DNA of 64,000 nt from Dicyema japonicum (Eukaryota; Animalia; Dicyemida). Of the stretch, positions 28,411 through 40,946 are shown piece by piece. The translations under genes were made by a program, and so were the position numbers. The notes beneath the pieces were generated by a model. It had not been told where the DNA came from. It saw only the letters and a program-made list of their open reading frames with translations, and made no database searches. The first letter of the stretch is position 1. Each line of letters begins with the position of its first letter. The stretch spans positions 1,608,657 through 1,672,656 of the forward strand of contig RDEW01000005.1 of NCBI GenBank assembly GCA_011109175.1, read 5' to 3'.

Positions 28411-28959
28411 TTAACTTCATGTATTTATTAACCCCAAGAACAAAAAAATATGAAGATATCTGACTAATTAAATGTTTCCAGTGTTTTATTTAGCGTCCCT
28501 ACCGTAACTACACCTTTCCTCTTTCAAAAGAGTAGACAGTCGCAGAAAAACAACAAATAGAAGATAATCTTGATGAACTACGGAAAAGGCAAGAAGGAGA
28601 TTTGGATGGAGAAAACTGATAGAAAAGATATAGGGAGTAAAACACAAGCAAAACCATAGGTATCTACATGCTTATAGAAAACTCTAAAGTGCTTTAAAGT
28701 AGTAACTTAGTAGTCGTTGTACACAAAAATACTACTACTTTAGTAGTAAAACACAACAGGTGACCTTCTACTATTATTGAAACCACAAGAAGGGTTAACC
28801 CACTAATTAGGTGAGCACAGGCTCCAATAGCTCCCAAACACTCATTCCACCAGCGATCAAATTGCTTTCCAGAAGTGAATTCTGTTGATCTGCAGTAAAT
28901 TCTATCAGAGTATTTTTCTTTATGGTCGATCAGAATTCCTCTGCGGTAGATTGACATAC

Positions 28960-29892
28960 ATAAGGATTACAGAACCGGGAGCACCCAATCTTTGGGAGAG
29001 GACCCTGATGCCTGTTCAGGAAGCTCAAAAACAGAAGGCTTAAGTAGAAAATCTGAGACCAGTTATACTGATGAACACGCTTAGAAAAATATTGGTAAAT
29101 ATAATCCTACAGAGAATGGAGAGCTGGTTATAGTCACACCTGTCTTCTTATGTAGGCTTCCGTATGGACAGATCAACCTCAGATGTTATGTGGAGGGTTT
29201 CAACTTTCTTGGGATCGACAAAGGCTTTCGACTCGGTAAATCAGCGGAAATTGTCACAAGTCCATGAAGGCTTCCTTCATATTTCCATAGTCAGGGACAC
29301 GTACCTGAGCGTGATGATCACGATAACCTGATTAAGACGATTCGAGACAACGGTGGGTATCCCCCCAAGAAGATCCATTATTTTGTTTGTCTTCTACCTT
29401 GAGACAGCACTTCGGGACTTGGAGTCGCTCCTTAAGGGGAAACGAACACAATAGCATACACCGATGACGTGGACTTCAGTTAAAACGATAAAGAAGCATT
29501 TACTACTTTATCAGGGGAAATACTAGGGATGTTAGCTGAATAGTTCTTAATTGTGAACCCGAACAAAACCGAAGTCATGGAACTCAGAAGAGAAAAAGCA
29601 AGAACTGAGGAGTATTGAAGCATAACCAAAAAGCTGGGTTCCTTTTTGGGTGAAAGCGAAGAAATATCAAAAAAACTTTAGCAAATGCCGCACTGCACAC
29701 CTGGTTTGCCCTAAAAGGACTCGATGTGGATACAAGAGTCCGCCTGTACAACGTACTTGTGAAATCAACACTTCTGTATAACGCGGGTAGTGCGCCTGCA
29801 CAAGATAAGAACTTGAAAAGATGAACTCCTTCCACATAGATCAGCCTGACATATCCTTCCCTCCTTGAACCACTCCAGAATAATAATAATAA
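28960..29892 (+). mobile_element. RTE LINE, 5'-truncated and degenerate
   Basis: Degenerate RT motifs (AFDSVN.RKL, YTDDVDF) and RVRLYNVLVKSTLLYN. Ends in a (TAA)n tail at about 29880. Confidence 0.75.
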
Positions 29893-30054
29893 CCGAGAAA
29901 GTGGCTATAAAGTATAACGAGTAAATTATCTAATGAAGTAGACGGAATCCTGCTTAAACCTAACAGAATGACATTCACTTCATTGATGAGGAATACGATA
30001 AATGTCACAAAAGTGATGGAAGAGGATCGTAGGAAACTAACAAAATTATTCTTG

Positions 30055-30395
30055 GCGCCATGTGGTGCTTCGTGGCTAATTGATTAAAGTTTCTGTTTTT
30101 GGTCGTCTGTTCCTAATTCACTTAATTAGTGTGCGTCATGTGGTTCGCCTTGTATGGTGGCGTCAGATACAAGTCAAAGTGTATCCAAAAATAACCATTT
30201 GTCAAGACCATCCATAGGAGTTCCCCCTGGACGGCTTTTCCTACACATCCAGGCACTTTTCAGGTGGAGAAAAAGCGCAGGAATGTAGTTGGAACAATGA
30301 GAAAAAATGCGGAGAATGTTGAGGAGGCAGGGATCACCTGAATTTGGTTATTTTTGGATATGACGGTGGTTTTGGTTTAATAAATTAAATTAATT
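30055..30395 (+). mobile_element. Short non-autonomous Vingi-like element
   Basis: Head GGCGCCATGTGGTGCTTCGTGGCTAATTG, pseudoknot 30132-30197, 3' end GCAGGGATCACCTGA (30330-30341) plus tail. Confidence 0.8.
30132..30197 (+). ncRNA. Candidate HDV-like double-pseudoknot RNA
   Basis: P2 TGGTT/AACCA, P3 GCC/GGT, P4 GATAC/GTATC, J4/2 CAAAAA, P1 with G-U pairs. Confidence 0.45.
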
Positions 30396-31143
30396 CAATC
30401 AAGTAGCCGTATAGCACCACGCTAACGTTGGCATCCCGTTCTCTTGATATAATGGCGGTTTTTGGTTTTAATAAATATTGGAATTATATGTATTTAATTT
30501 TTCACTCAGAGAAGTAAATCCCTGTCTACACAATCGATTTGTATCACTCGGCATTAAGGAGCCTAGACTACTAAGAATATTCCTCAAGTTAACTGTTTTT
30601 GGGATTAATACGGGTTACAACAACTGTTACCTAAAACTCCCTTGAATTGATAATTATTATTACCCCCAGGATAACTATAATCAAAAAGAAATAAAAGTTC
30701 TCATATAACGAAGTGATCCCAGACCGACAAAGGAGAGGACGAGTCCGGCGGGGTCGAGAATCCTGAACAGCTCTTCTCATTGGACATGATATGAGCTCAA
30801 AATTTCTGTATGATTGGAGATATTTCGATAGTGCATGGAATGGAGGGCAGCTCAGTAAACTAGCTTCCTTTAAGAGTTTCCGTTGTAATTCGATTAAGAA
30901 ATTTTTAATGGGCTGGAGTTTGTGTTCTGGTCCATTGATGACAATAATAACAATAATGCTCCCAGTAACAAATTAAAGGAATCAAAACAAATAATTAATA
31001 TTTAATTAAAATTTAAAATATAATTAAAAAAATAAATTTTATATAATTTAAAGCGGTTAACCTAAAAAGCAATAATATTTCCTAAAAGCATGCTTGCACG
31101 TTAATTGCACGCTTGGTAGTTGGGTGTTCTTTACATTATTTAG

Positions 31144-32647
31144 ATGGGAGAACCTGTTGAAGAAACCAAAGAAACATTGGGATTAGTTATTATTGGGCAC
31201 ATCGACGCTGGTAAATCGACTCTCTGTGGAAGACTGCTAGTCGAAAACGGAGGAATTGATAAGCGAACTATGAGTAAACTGGAAAAAGAAGCTGGGGATA
31301 TGGGGAGATCCTCATTTAAATACGCTTTCGCAATGGATCTGACTAAGGCTGAGAGATCTCGTGGGATCACTATTACCTCCACCGTGAAATGTTTCGAGAC
31401 TCAAAACTACAAAGTAACCATCGTAGACGCTCCCGGACACAAAGACTTTGTAAAGAATATGATTACTGGCACATGCAATGTATTCTACTAAATCGAAAAT
31501 TCTAGGCTGATGCAGCGATTCTGGTGATTGATTCTACTCCCGGTGGTTTCGAGGCAGGAATTTCTAGTGGAGGACAGACAAGACAGCACGCCCAGCTTGC
31601 CTTCGCCTCGGGAGTGTCAACTCTAATTGTGGCTATCAATAAGCTCGATTCTGTGAATGAAGGAGAACAGCAGGAAAGATACGATGTGATAATGAAAGAG
31701 ATCGGTAACATTTTAAAAAATGTATTAATTGATATTCATTTTAGATTGGTTTTTTTAAAACTTTGAACATGGTTCCTTACGTTCCTATATCAGCATTCTG
31801 TGGAAGAAACATTAGCGAAGCAAGTACATGCTTCGATTGGATGCCTAATTGGAAGTATCGCATTTCAAGAAAGGGTGAGGATGATATCTGGAAAGAGGGA
31901 GTTACGTTGTTGGATGCTATTGACAGTGTTGTGAAACCTCCTTCTCCAGCTGGATTTGATCTAAGAATTTGTGTAACCGATGCATTCAAACATCCGACTG
32001 CTGGGGTTATTGCAAGTATGGCTATGCGCTATGGTATTGCAATAGTTGGGATGCAATTGTTTATGGTTCCTGCTGCTATTCTCACAATACTACGTTCACT
32101 GGAGCTTCATAACAAAGCTTTCAACAGTCTATGTTCGCCAAATACTGCAGGAATGGCATTAAAAGGAGTAAACTTGGGTGATTTGAAAAGAGGGTCCATG
32201 CTTGGGCCTATTCATAATCCTCCAATGTTCGTGAAGTCGTTCACTGCTAGAGTGGTGGTTATGCAGCATCCTACAAAAATCAAAGATGGATATTCTCCTG
32301 TTGTTGATTATGGTACTTCACACACTGCATGCAAATTTAGAATAATTAAGGTACTCAAGGAATCCAAACTACATCAGAAAATGGCTTTGGATCCTGAGGA
32401 AGTATTTTTGGCACCTGGGGATGTTGCTATGGTTGAATTTGAACCAATGGCCCCATTATTCATTGAGACTTCTTCTGATTTTCCCAGACTTGCTCGATTT
32501 TCAGTGAGGGATAGTGGCATTGTAGTTGCTATTGGTAATTGTGAAACAAGACTGGTTCATGAAATGGATGCAAGTTCTAAAAAAGCTCTTGAAAAGGCTC
32601 TAAATAAGGGTGCGGCGACATCCAAGGCTAAGAAGGCCGTCGAGTAA
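31144..32647 (+). CDS. Divergent elongation factor 1-alpha paralog (3 exons)
   Basis: [35 protein letters not shown], opisthokont insertion, domain III HTACKF and RLARFSVRD. Introns 31480-31505 (26 nt) and 31722-31744 (23 nt) restore one ORF. Confidence 0.88.
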
Positions 32648-33504
32648 TTTTAAATTTCGTTCTGATTGTTTCTTTTATTTTAATGGTTTTTTCATTTTAA
32701 ATTCTCTTTATTTTCTTCTTTTTCAAAAATTTAATATTATTAAGATTCTTTTACTAACAAAATTTCTGGTTTATTCCAATTCATTTAATTAATTTAGGAT
32801 TCACTTAAATTCAAGATTTTATTGGCTCACGTTTTCTACATTGATTTGTCTGAAAATATTGTCGATATTAATTATTTTTTCAATTTTCTGCTTTTAATAT
32901 TTTAACATGTAACGAGAATTTTCCACTTAAGAATAATTATATTACCACGTGGATTCATGTCGATCATTAGTTCTACATCTAAAAACCGCTACATTCATCT
33001 GTTTTTATGCCTTTCTGTTGATGGAAATTATAATGTAACAATTGATGTATAATTCTCACAATACGAGATCAATTGGGCCACTGACTTCGCTAAGCTTGTT
33101 CCGTTTTATATTACACATATTTAGAATGCAGTAGCTTAATTAATATTGATTGTAGTTTTAATTAAATGGGAACATATTTATAAATTTAGAAATACTTTCA
33201 AATTAATTAATTTCTAAATTTATCATTGTTCTTGAGACAAGTGGAAGCATTATCGGAAATCACTTATTTTCTCAAGAAACTAAGACGTCTAGGTACACTC
33301 AAGACTCATGACATCCGTGAAACCCAGTGGCTTATCCAGTGATTTTTTGAGACAAAACTAAATCAATTCTGTCAGCGGTAATCGATTTATTTCCAAAATT
33401 TATTGCGAATTTAATTTTACGTGCTTGAATAACTCTTGAAAGTCTAATGATGTTCTTTACTAAAATGAAGGAACAGTATAGTAATAGGAATAGTAAGTCG
33501 TTTT

Positions 33505-33610
33505 GATTGCGTGGCTACTCCCTCTCAGGATGGTGAGCAAGCTTAGCTCGAATAGCCATAGCGCTTACGGGGATCTCAAATCCGATTCCCTAGACGACTC
33601 GGGAATTTTA
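33505..33610 (+). repeat. Dispersed structured repeat family X, copy 2
   Basis: GCGTGGCTACTCCCTCTCAGGATGG...AATAGCC...GGGGATCTCAAATCCGATTCCCTAGACGACTC. Confidence 0.8.
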
Positions 33611-34529
33611 GGGTCGCAGGCGCAAGGAAACCAGACGTTTTAACCGCCAGCGAAACAACGAAAAATCTTCAGGTAAGATCGCATACTGTGCTCGTTTTGA
33701 CCTCTCTACCTTCTCAGAACAGACTCCAGAGGCAATTTGATGTAGGTTACAAGTGGAGTATTTTTTCGGTGCAGTTGACGTCCCAGATAAAATGCTTCTC
33801 GGCTTCAAGTGGAAAAATGGTCATCCCAAGTCTAAATTCAAGCGAGCCAATTATTTTAAAATTCTAGTGGTACGCCTCGGATTCAAGGTTCATTATAAGT
33901 TTATAGACTACATTTGTTAAACAGGAAGTTGATTACAAGGATAGAGAAATTCCATTCGCGAAGTTTCTCGGTTACATTCATCCTATAGAGATGATAACAT
34001 TATTTCTTAAACTTATTTTTTGCAAGATGACCTAGAAAATGAAGGATGACCTTATAAAAATAATCTTATTAAGAAGATTTAAAAACCACGTATCCTATCT
34101 GAGTGAAATTTATGATGCTGAGTGAGTTGCAACTATATTGTTAATGCTAATCAAAAAACCTACCTTTACGAAATTGCCATTAATCAAAGCTGTGACTTCA
34201 TTGTAAGACATAAACTGTTAATTGTGGTTTATTGAAGTTAAACTGTATTTCAGGTGATATTGATTAGTCGCCTTGTGGTTTATTAATTTTTTTGTGGTTT
34301 ATTAAATGCAAAAAGAATTTAACATTTGGATGAACAATTTAGCGAGTAGAACAAAAAAATCATTGGGCAAGACCGGCATACAGCATCGCCTAGACTTCGC
34401 TGAGAGAACATGTAAGGTAGGAAAAACTTATAGGTACGACTACAGGCTTAAAGAGCATGACCGGCGTTTTGGTCAGTAGAGAATTTAGGGAGGGAGTTTA
34501 GAATCCTCTTTATTAGCAAAAAGTAAAGT

Positions 34530-34620
34530 TGTTATGACAGGTCTCCATTATAGGCTGTAGACACTGGGCACGCAATGGGAGTTACCTTTCATAATCGCGT
34601 GCCCAGTGTTCTGGAAAATT
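34530..34620 (+). repeat. Long-hairpin repeat family Y, copy 1
   Basis: Perfect 13-bp stem ACACTGGGCACGC/GCGTGCCCAGTGT (34561-34609) enclosing ATGGGAG-TTAC-CTTTCAT. Homolog at 61055-61155. Confidence 0.65.
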
Positions 34621-35593
34621 CTAGGTTCACCGATATTAACTGTCTATTAGGTGGGAATAGTTTCCTCATTGATAAAATAATATGAAACATGGGCAGCTGG
34701 TTACATTTATTGTAAACAGAAAAGCACAGTAATGATAATTAATTGTAAAAGGAGGGTCAAAGCATCAGAGATGTTCTTCATTTATTTTGGGTGCATGCGA
34801 GTGTAGCCAATATGACGGCATCACTTGTCAAGCCAGGAAGAAATCGTAGATGTTGTCCATTATATGGGTCATAGGCGAGGATTATTTATCAAAACGTTTA
34901 CTGACGGGTAAAAAACGTATGCATGCCATTCTCGTTAATGAATGCTATTTATTTGAGGGAACTTTGCTCACAGTTTTGAGAGGGAATGGTAACGCAGTAA
35001 AGCGGTGATTCCTAAGGCCCTCGGATTGTTTTTTTAACGTTAATTGAAACATAAAAAATTCAGACCATGACTAAATATGTTGCGACTATATATCAAGTAT
35101 TGGAAGAGTACCTCAGTTGAGACTTATTAGGCATAACACACACTGCGATTGTCGAAATGTTTAGATATCCTACGGGAATAAAAGAATCATTCTTCGTCCC
35201 CACTAGCAAATTCAGTAATGAGAAAGACAGTCTCGCTCTTTTATCCTCAATCTTAGAAATTTTAGAGGTTGATGAATTTATTTATTGACCCCAGATTCAC
35301 CAAAATAGAAGTTAATAGTTAACAACTAATTAAATGTATCCGGTTCCCACGGTCGCAGAAGCAGACCTTCCAATATCACACGAGTCAATCCAGGAACAAA
35401 GTAAAGAGAAGAAAACATCCAGTGTTGGAAGAGGTCTCCGAAAGGGTAAGCCCAATCAGACCTGAAATTTGGAAACAGGTGAAGTGCTTGTCTGGAAAAG
35501 GGGAGAATTCGTGCTTTGTACCGTTCAGATGGTTCTAAAACCTCGGATCCGGTCAAAATAGTGAATATTTTCAAGCAAATTTAGATACAAAAA

Positions 35594-35650
35594 TACAGTA
35601 CGACCCCGCCCCAATAGAAAAGTGCCCCAAATATAGAAGGTGTCTCAAAT
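35594..35650 (+). mobile_element. Solo pogo/Tigger-type TIR relic
   Basis: TA-CAGTACGACCCCG followed by repeated CCCCAAATATAGA-type sub-terminal motifs. Confidence 0.35.
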
Positions 35651-35739
35651 ATAGAGGGTATATATAATTCTTACATTTTAAAAACTATTATTTGTATTTT
35701 TAATAAAAAAATATGTTGTTTCGATAAAAAAAGAGGATT

Positions 35740-37905
35740 TAACTTCACAACGGGCTGACTCCAGAGGGTGGTCCGTACTTGAACAACTCTCGCCAATGTC
35801 GATCCTCAACAATCCGAAGACCCATACGAGGACGCCTTACAAGGATAATGAATGCTATACCTCTCCGGACCTTACACTTTGCACCACTAACCTAACTTCA
35901 ACCATTTCATGGTCTGTCGACTATGACCTCAACTCCGATCACAACCCAATCATCATCGGAATCAAGAAGGCCATTCCTCCCGTGAAGAAAACTACGTCAT
36001 TCTTCAAACTGGAGAGATTATACATCCTTCACAGACATAATGCTACAAAATTTAGAGACCAATTTATTCAAATCTATTGACGAGATGTGAAAAAACCTGA
36101 ATAACGTGATCTTATTGGGAATAAAACTATTTATCCCAAGATGCTCCTTCAGGGGTACAACGATAAACTAGATCAAGAAACTAGAGCCCTCATCAAAGAA
36201 AGGAATCAGCTTAAAAGGAATTTTCTACCTTTCCCTGAGAGGAGAAACCAATTCAAGAGCCTCAACGACGCAGTCGCTCAGAGGTTGAAGTCATCTCAAA
36301 GGAATGATTGGGAAAGCAGAATCAGAGATCTTTGCAACCATAAATCTATTCATTACATGTGGAAGACCATTAAAAAGCTCGGACCATATACAAAACCCAA
36401 AAACACAGGCTAGCTAAATGTCCAAGAACTAAACAACCTTATGAAGTTTTATGTCGGAATCAGCCACAAGAAATTCCTGAAAACCAGCCCTTCCTTTACG
36501 TCCACGAAGCCAAAAAGATCTTTTTCATTATATTGCTTATCACACTCCGATATTTGGAATGAAATCAAAAATACAAAATCTTCCTTCTTCTGAGGTCCTG
36601 ATTTGATTCCGGCTATTCTGCTCAAACATCTTGGCTCAATTGGAATAGAAGCGCTCCGGAACATCTTTAACTTTTCAATAAACCACAACCAAATTCCAGA
36701 CAATTGGAAACAGTCCAACATACGCCCAATTCTCAAGCCGGGAAGGCCGAAGAGCGACCCCTCTTCGTACAGACCCATTGCATTATTATGCTCATCCTCG
36801 AAGCTCCTGGAAAAACTCGTTCTACGCATCATTTACCCTGCCCTTCCCTTGCACATCTCCAACATGGTTTCTGACGAGACCGGTCTACATCAACTCACCT
36901 CATTGAACCAGTTCATTATTGAAGGCTTTTCTACAAAACCACATCTAAAATTTGCTTTATGCTTTCTCGACCTACAAAAGGCCTTCGATTCTGTATCCAG
37001 AAAAATCTCACTCAAAAGATATTTAGACTATCCATCAACTCGAACATAAAATTATGGGAGAGGGCGTGTATGCTTGGATGGAAGATTACTCCCCCTGTCT
37101 CCTGCCCTATTCAACTTATACCTTTCCGACATTCCTATTCCAGTTATAGACGTGATAAAGACTTCACGAATGCTTCAAAAAAGTACAAGAACTCTTGTTT
37201 CAAATTCAAACTTGGCTACACCAAAACCGGATGAATATATCTCCCGGAAAATCATCCATCACTCTGTTTACCTCGGATAAAAAGCTGGAAGATGTACCGT
37301 GGATCTATTCCCGGACCTTTTACGATGGACCCAATAATTCTGGGGGTCACTTTTGATACGCCCATGTGTTTTTCTGCTCATATTGAGAAGACCATTGGAA
37401 CTTGTTAGAGAAAAATTGGTTTAATCAAAACCATATTTGGTGGAATAAAAAAGCCATTCCCTGCTCTCGGTATTCTCTATAAGCAATTCATCGAACCAAC
37501 AATCAGTCACGCCTGTGCAGCATGGGGAATTAATCTCTCGTGGACCAACCTTCTTAAAGTTGATAGCACCCTATGTCGATCGGCAACTACCATAATGCAC
37601 ATCGCAAAGCTGAACAATATTCTACCCAGTCCCTTTTACCACATAATTGAGCAAAACAGTAAGAGTTTCTTGATGTTAATCCTTCGGCAGAACCTGTCGT
37701 CGACAGTCCGTCCTGTGTCAAGTTGCCAGAAGCACATCACCCAGTTAGCTTTCTCACGAACACTGTCCCCCGCTCATACCGTGAATATGTTGGGTCAAAA
37801 GTCCAACATCGGAAGAAGCTGAGAAAGCTCTTCAGGATTGTCGTGATCACCTAATTAATTTCAACGAGATTAACTATTTGTGTTTTTGGGTTAAATAAAA
37901 AAAAC
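35740..37905 (+). mobile_element. Vingi-like LINE, 5'-truncated (APE end, RT, C-terminus)
   Basis: SPDLTLC..DLNSDHNPI, GPDLIPAILLKHLG, WKQSNIRPILKPG..PSSYRPIALL, FLDLQKAFDSV. Ends GTGATCACCTAA plus an A-rich tail. Confidence 0.9.
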
Positions 37906-38104
37906 TCAAGAAAAAATCAATTTTAGAAACTTGTGTTAATATTATTTGAAGGATTAAATCAAGAATGTGAAAGTACCTAAATTTAAAAAATCAAAAAATA
38001 TAATTCTTTGATGTAGCAACAATGACCTTGCTGTGAGTTCAATTGTATTAATTTCTATTTTGATGACTTTAAAAAAACCTTGAAATATCATATTTCTCAT
38101 TAAT

Positions 38105-38305
38105 TTGATAATCCAGATTAAGAGATCTGGTATGTGCATGACACGGTTTGCTGGAAATGATGCTCCTCGCGATGTCTTCTCGTCTATTGTTACACGTCCT
38201 AGACATCAAGGTGTAATGGTTGGAATGGGACAAAAGGATAGCTATGTTGGTGATGAGGCACAGAACAAACAAGGGATTCTACGTTGAGTTATCCTATACC
38301 ATTAC
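38105..38305 (+). pseudogene. Actin 5' fragment (pseudogene)
   Basis: [56 protein letters not shown], frameshifted and truncated. Confidence 0.85.
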
Positions 38306-38309
38306 GGAT

Positions 38310-40700
38310 ACCTGAGCTGACAGAAAAGAGTGAAAGAATATTCCCGAGACGCCATTTCTTGACGTGCATAATATGCGGATACAAGAACAATAGGAAATAT
38401 GGTTTAAAATGCTCATGCTGCAACGATTGAGCTCTGTGAGGATGAGCAAATCTTGCGCGGGAGCTCTTTCTTTATGGCATTCCGCAAAGTTCATAAACAA
38501 TGGACCTTCAAAGGGAACTAACCAACAAATCGGACCCGTTCTCGAGCAGTCAATCTCTGACTCCAACTCTGTCCTCTTAAACAAATCCAGCCTGTGAAAG
38601 TCCAGGATTCCGAAGGCCTTTCGGATCCCTGCCGCTTCATGTCTATCTTCACTCATCGACGATACACTCACATCGAACTGTGAAGGTTTTTGGATAAGAC
38701 TACTGAGCTTTGCTCCTCTCGCTCTTGGCCTCTCCATCAATGAATCCACAAAAAATGACCACAGCCAAACTGATACGTTCTGGAGGTGCACATAAGTTTA
38801 ACATTTCCTCGACAATGAAGTACACTCAGAGTATTTATGAACACAACTTCACCAACTTTGCATACCTACTAATCTTGAAACCACTCTGAAGATATCTATC
38901 AACGAGAGAGATGTGCGACCAGGGATTGTATCTTTTGCTGTCAGTAGCAGTGGAGGACTGGATGGACTGCGTCCGGGCCATATCAGGGATCTGACGTCTT
39001 GTCCTACAGCTGAGGCTGGACATAATCTCGTCGAGTCGATCACTAATCTTACCTACCGTATAATCAATGGGGATACTCCATCACATGGTCGGGACCTTCT
39101 TTTCTCTGCTTACCTACTGGCAATCAAAAAGAGTGATTGCTGCGAGATGTCCGTCCCATTACAGTTGGCAACTAAAATTGCTTCTAGGCTTGTCTCTCCA
39201 CGGATCAGTGTGAATTATCTCCAATCCAACTGGGTGTAGGCGTACGTAATGGATGCGACGCCTCCGTGCAGATAACGAGGTGCTTCTCACAAGAAAACCA
39301 AAATAATCCGTGTTTTGGATTAAAACTGGACATCACTAATGCCTTCAATTCCTTAAGGAGAGATAGTATCGTTGAAGTATGCAGCAAGCGAGCACCTGAG
39401 TTCATTCCCATTGTCAATCTTTCATACAGATAAAATTCCTCTCTGGTTTTCGGGAATGAGATCATCAAGTCGCAGTCCGGAGTACAGCAAGGAGACCCTT
39501 TGGGACCACTCCTCTTTGCATTGACGATCAATCAAGTCGTTCGTTCCGTCGATACTGAATTCAACCTATGGTATCTCGATGACGGAAATTAGAGGGACAC
39601 GGAGAAATGCTTATAACAGTCTATCGCACTTGGTACCTGCCTTACATGATGAGGTTAACATAAAAACTCATCAATATTTCATACCTGGAAAACAATTTCC
39701 TCCGCGTGACAGGATTATTTAACAGTCTATTACCAGGCATATCTGTCGTCCTCGTGAGCAAATCTATTTTCTTGGATGCCCACTCGGCAATGCAGAATTA
39801 CGGAAACACCTTCAGTCCAAAGCGGAAGAGCTTTCCCGTTTTTCGAAAAGAATCCCACACATCTTTTTTCCTCATGAGGAGAAGCTTATGTTTGCCAAAA
39901 TTGCAATACGCTCTGCAATGTTCCCCGTGCTTCGGCCATCGAGATAGGCTACTGAGTCTGGATCAGACGCTAAGGCAAACAGTCGAGTCACTACTAAATT
40001 TACGTTTTGACGAACTGAGTTGGACACAATGCAAACTTCCTTCAAGTCTTGGAGGAGTTGGCATAAGCTCGGCTTTAGAGATCGCCCATCCGGCATACCT
40101 ATCGTCGTTTTCGAGCTGCAATCATCTCGTCCGGGAAATCCTACGTCAACCTACTGGACTTTCCTTGGACAGAGTATTTGACGAAGCTTGCTTGCAGTGG
40201 AGGGAAGTAGGATTTCCGATCCTAGATGATCTCTCAAATCAGAACAAATGAGACGAAATTTCCTGCAAAGCTATCGTTGATGGCTTAAAGCCAAAGTTGA
40301 ACCAACACCGGCTGTTTGCTATCTGCTGCACGACAAGGGAGTGGTGCATGGCTCCACGCACTTCCATGTTCTTCTTTCGGAAATCTTATGGATGACGACT
40401 ATGTGAGAATCGGATTAGCACAACGATTGGGAATTGACGTCTACCAGAAACACAAATGCCGTTGTGGAGAATAGTTGACACCAAAGGACTACATTCTTTT
40501 TTTGAAAAAGAAGCTTTTCCCATATCCACACAGAAAATCATTTGTCTGGGATGTAACCTGTGTGGATACCTTCTCCACTTCGCTCCTTCTGAAGGTGCTG
40601 CCAAAAAATGAACCCCGCGAATCGTTCTGGCTAAGTCAACAAGTCGGGATTGTCGTATTCATGGAAAAAGCATACGCAATCATATCTGTAAAGGCTCACT
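38310..40700 (+). mobile_element. CRE-clade (REL) non-LTR retrotransposon, degenerate
   Basis: SGGLDGLRPGHIRDL, GVRNGCDASV, QSGVQQGDPLGPLLFAL, WYLDDG, LPSSLGGVGI, AWLHALP, CRCG..VD..G and WDVTCVDT. Confidence 0.85.
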
Positions 40701-40759
40701 GATTTCTTTATTGTCTCTTTTTTCAGTAATAAAAAAACTTTTTGATTAAAAAAATTAAA

Positions 40760-40946
40760 AGATAATAACTAAATGAATGTAGAAGCTATTCCCTCTCAAA
40801 ATTGCAATCGAAATTCGCTCCAAAAGCTCTTGGAGATCGCCAGAACGTGTGGAAATCCCAAGTCGACCCAGAAATTCCAGTTTCGAGGGTACAATGAAAC
40901 CGGAAACCACAGCAAGAGGAGTAAAGTCCGCTGGAGTGTATTTCAT
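40760..40946 (-). mobile_element. CRE-like extreme C-terminus, inverted relative to the adjacent element
   Basis: FTPLAV...LEFLGRLG...SGDLQELLERISIAILRGNS matches the QRISIAIQRGNA terminal motif of CRE-like ORFs. Confidence 0.7.

Noticed and set aside
33505-33610. Repeat X as an HDV-like ribozyme
   Set aside because: It has a 7-bp P1-like stem, but no consistent P2 pseudoknot or P3/L3 across copies.
33610-34020. DIRS/Penelope reverse transcriptase
   Set aside because: Only weak motif-like words (FIDY, KFLG) in broken frames, which is insufficient to assign.
34330-35050. Tc1 transposase relic
   Set aside because: Only a QHRLDFAE-like word was seen, with no TIRs or catalytic motifs confidently read.
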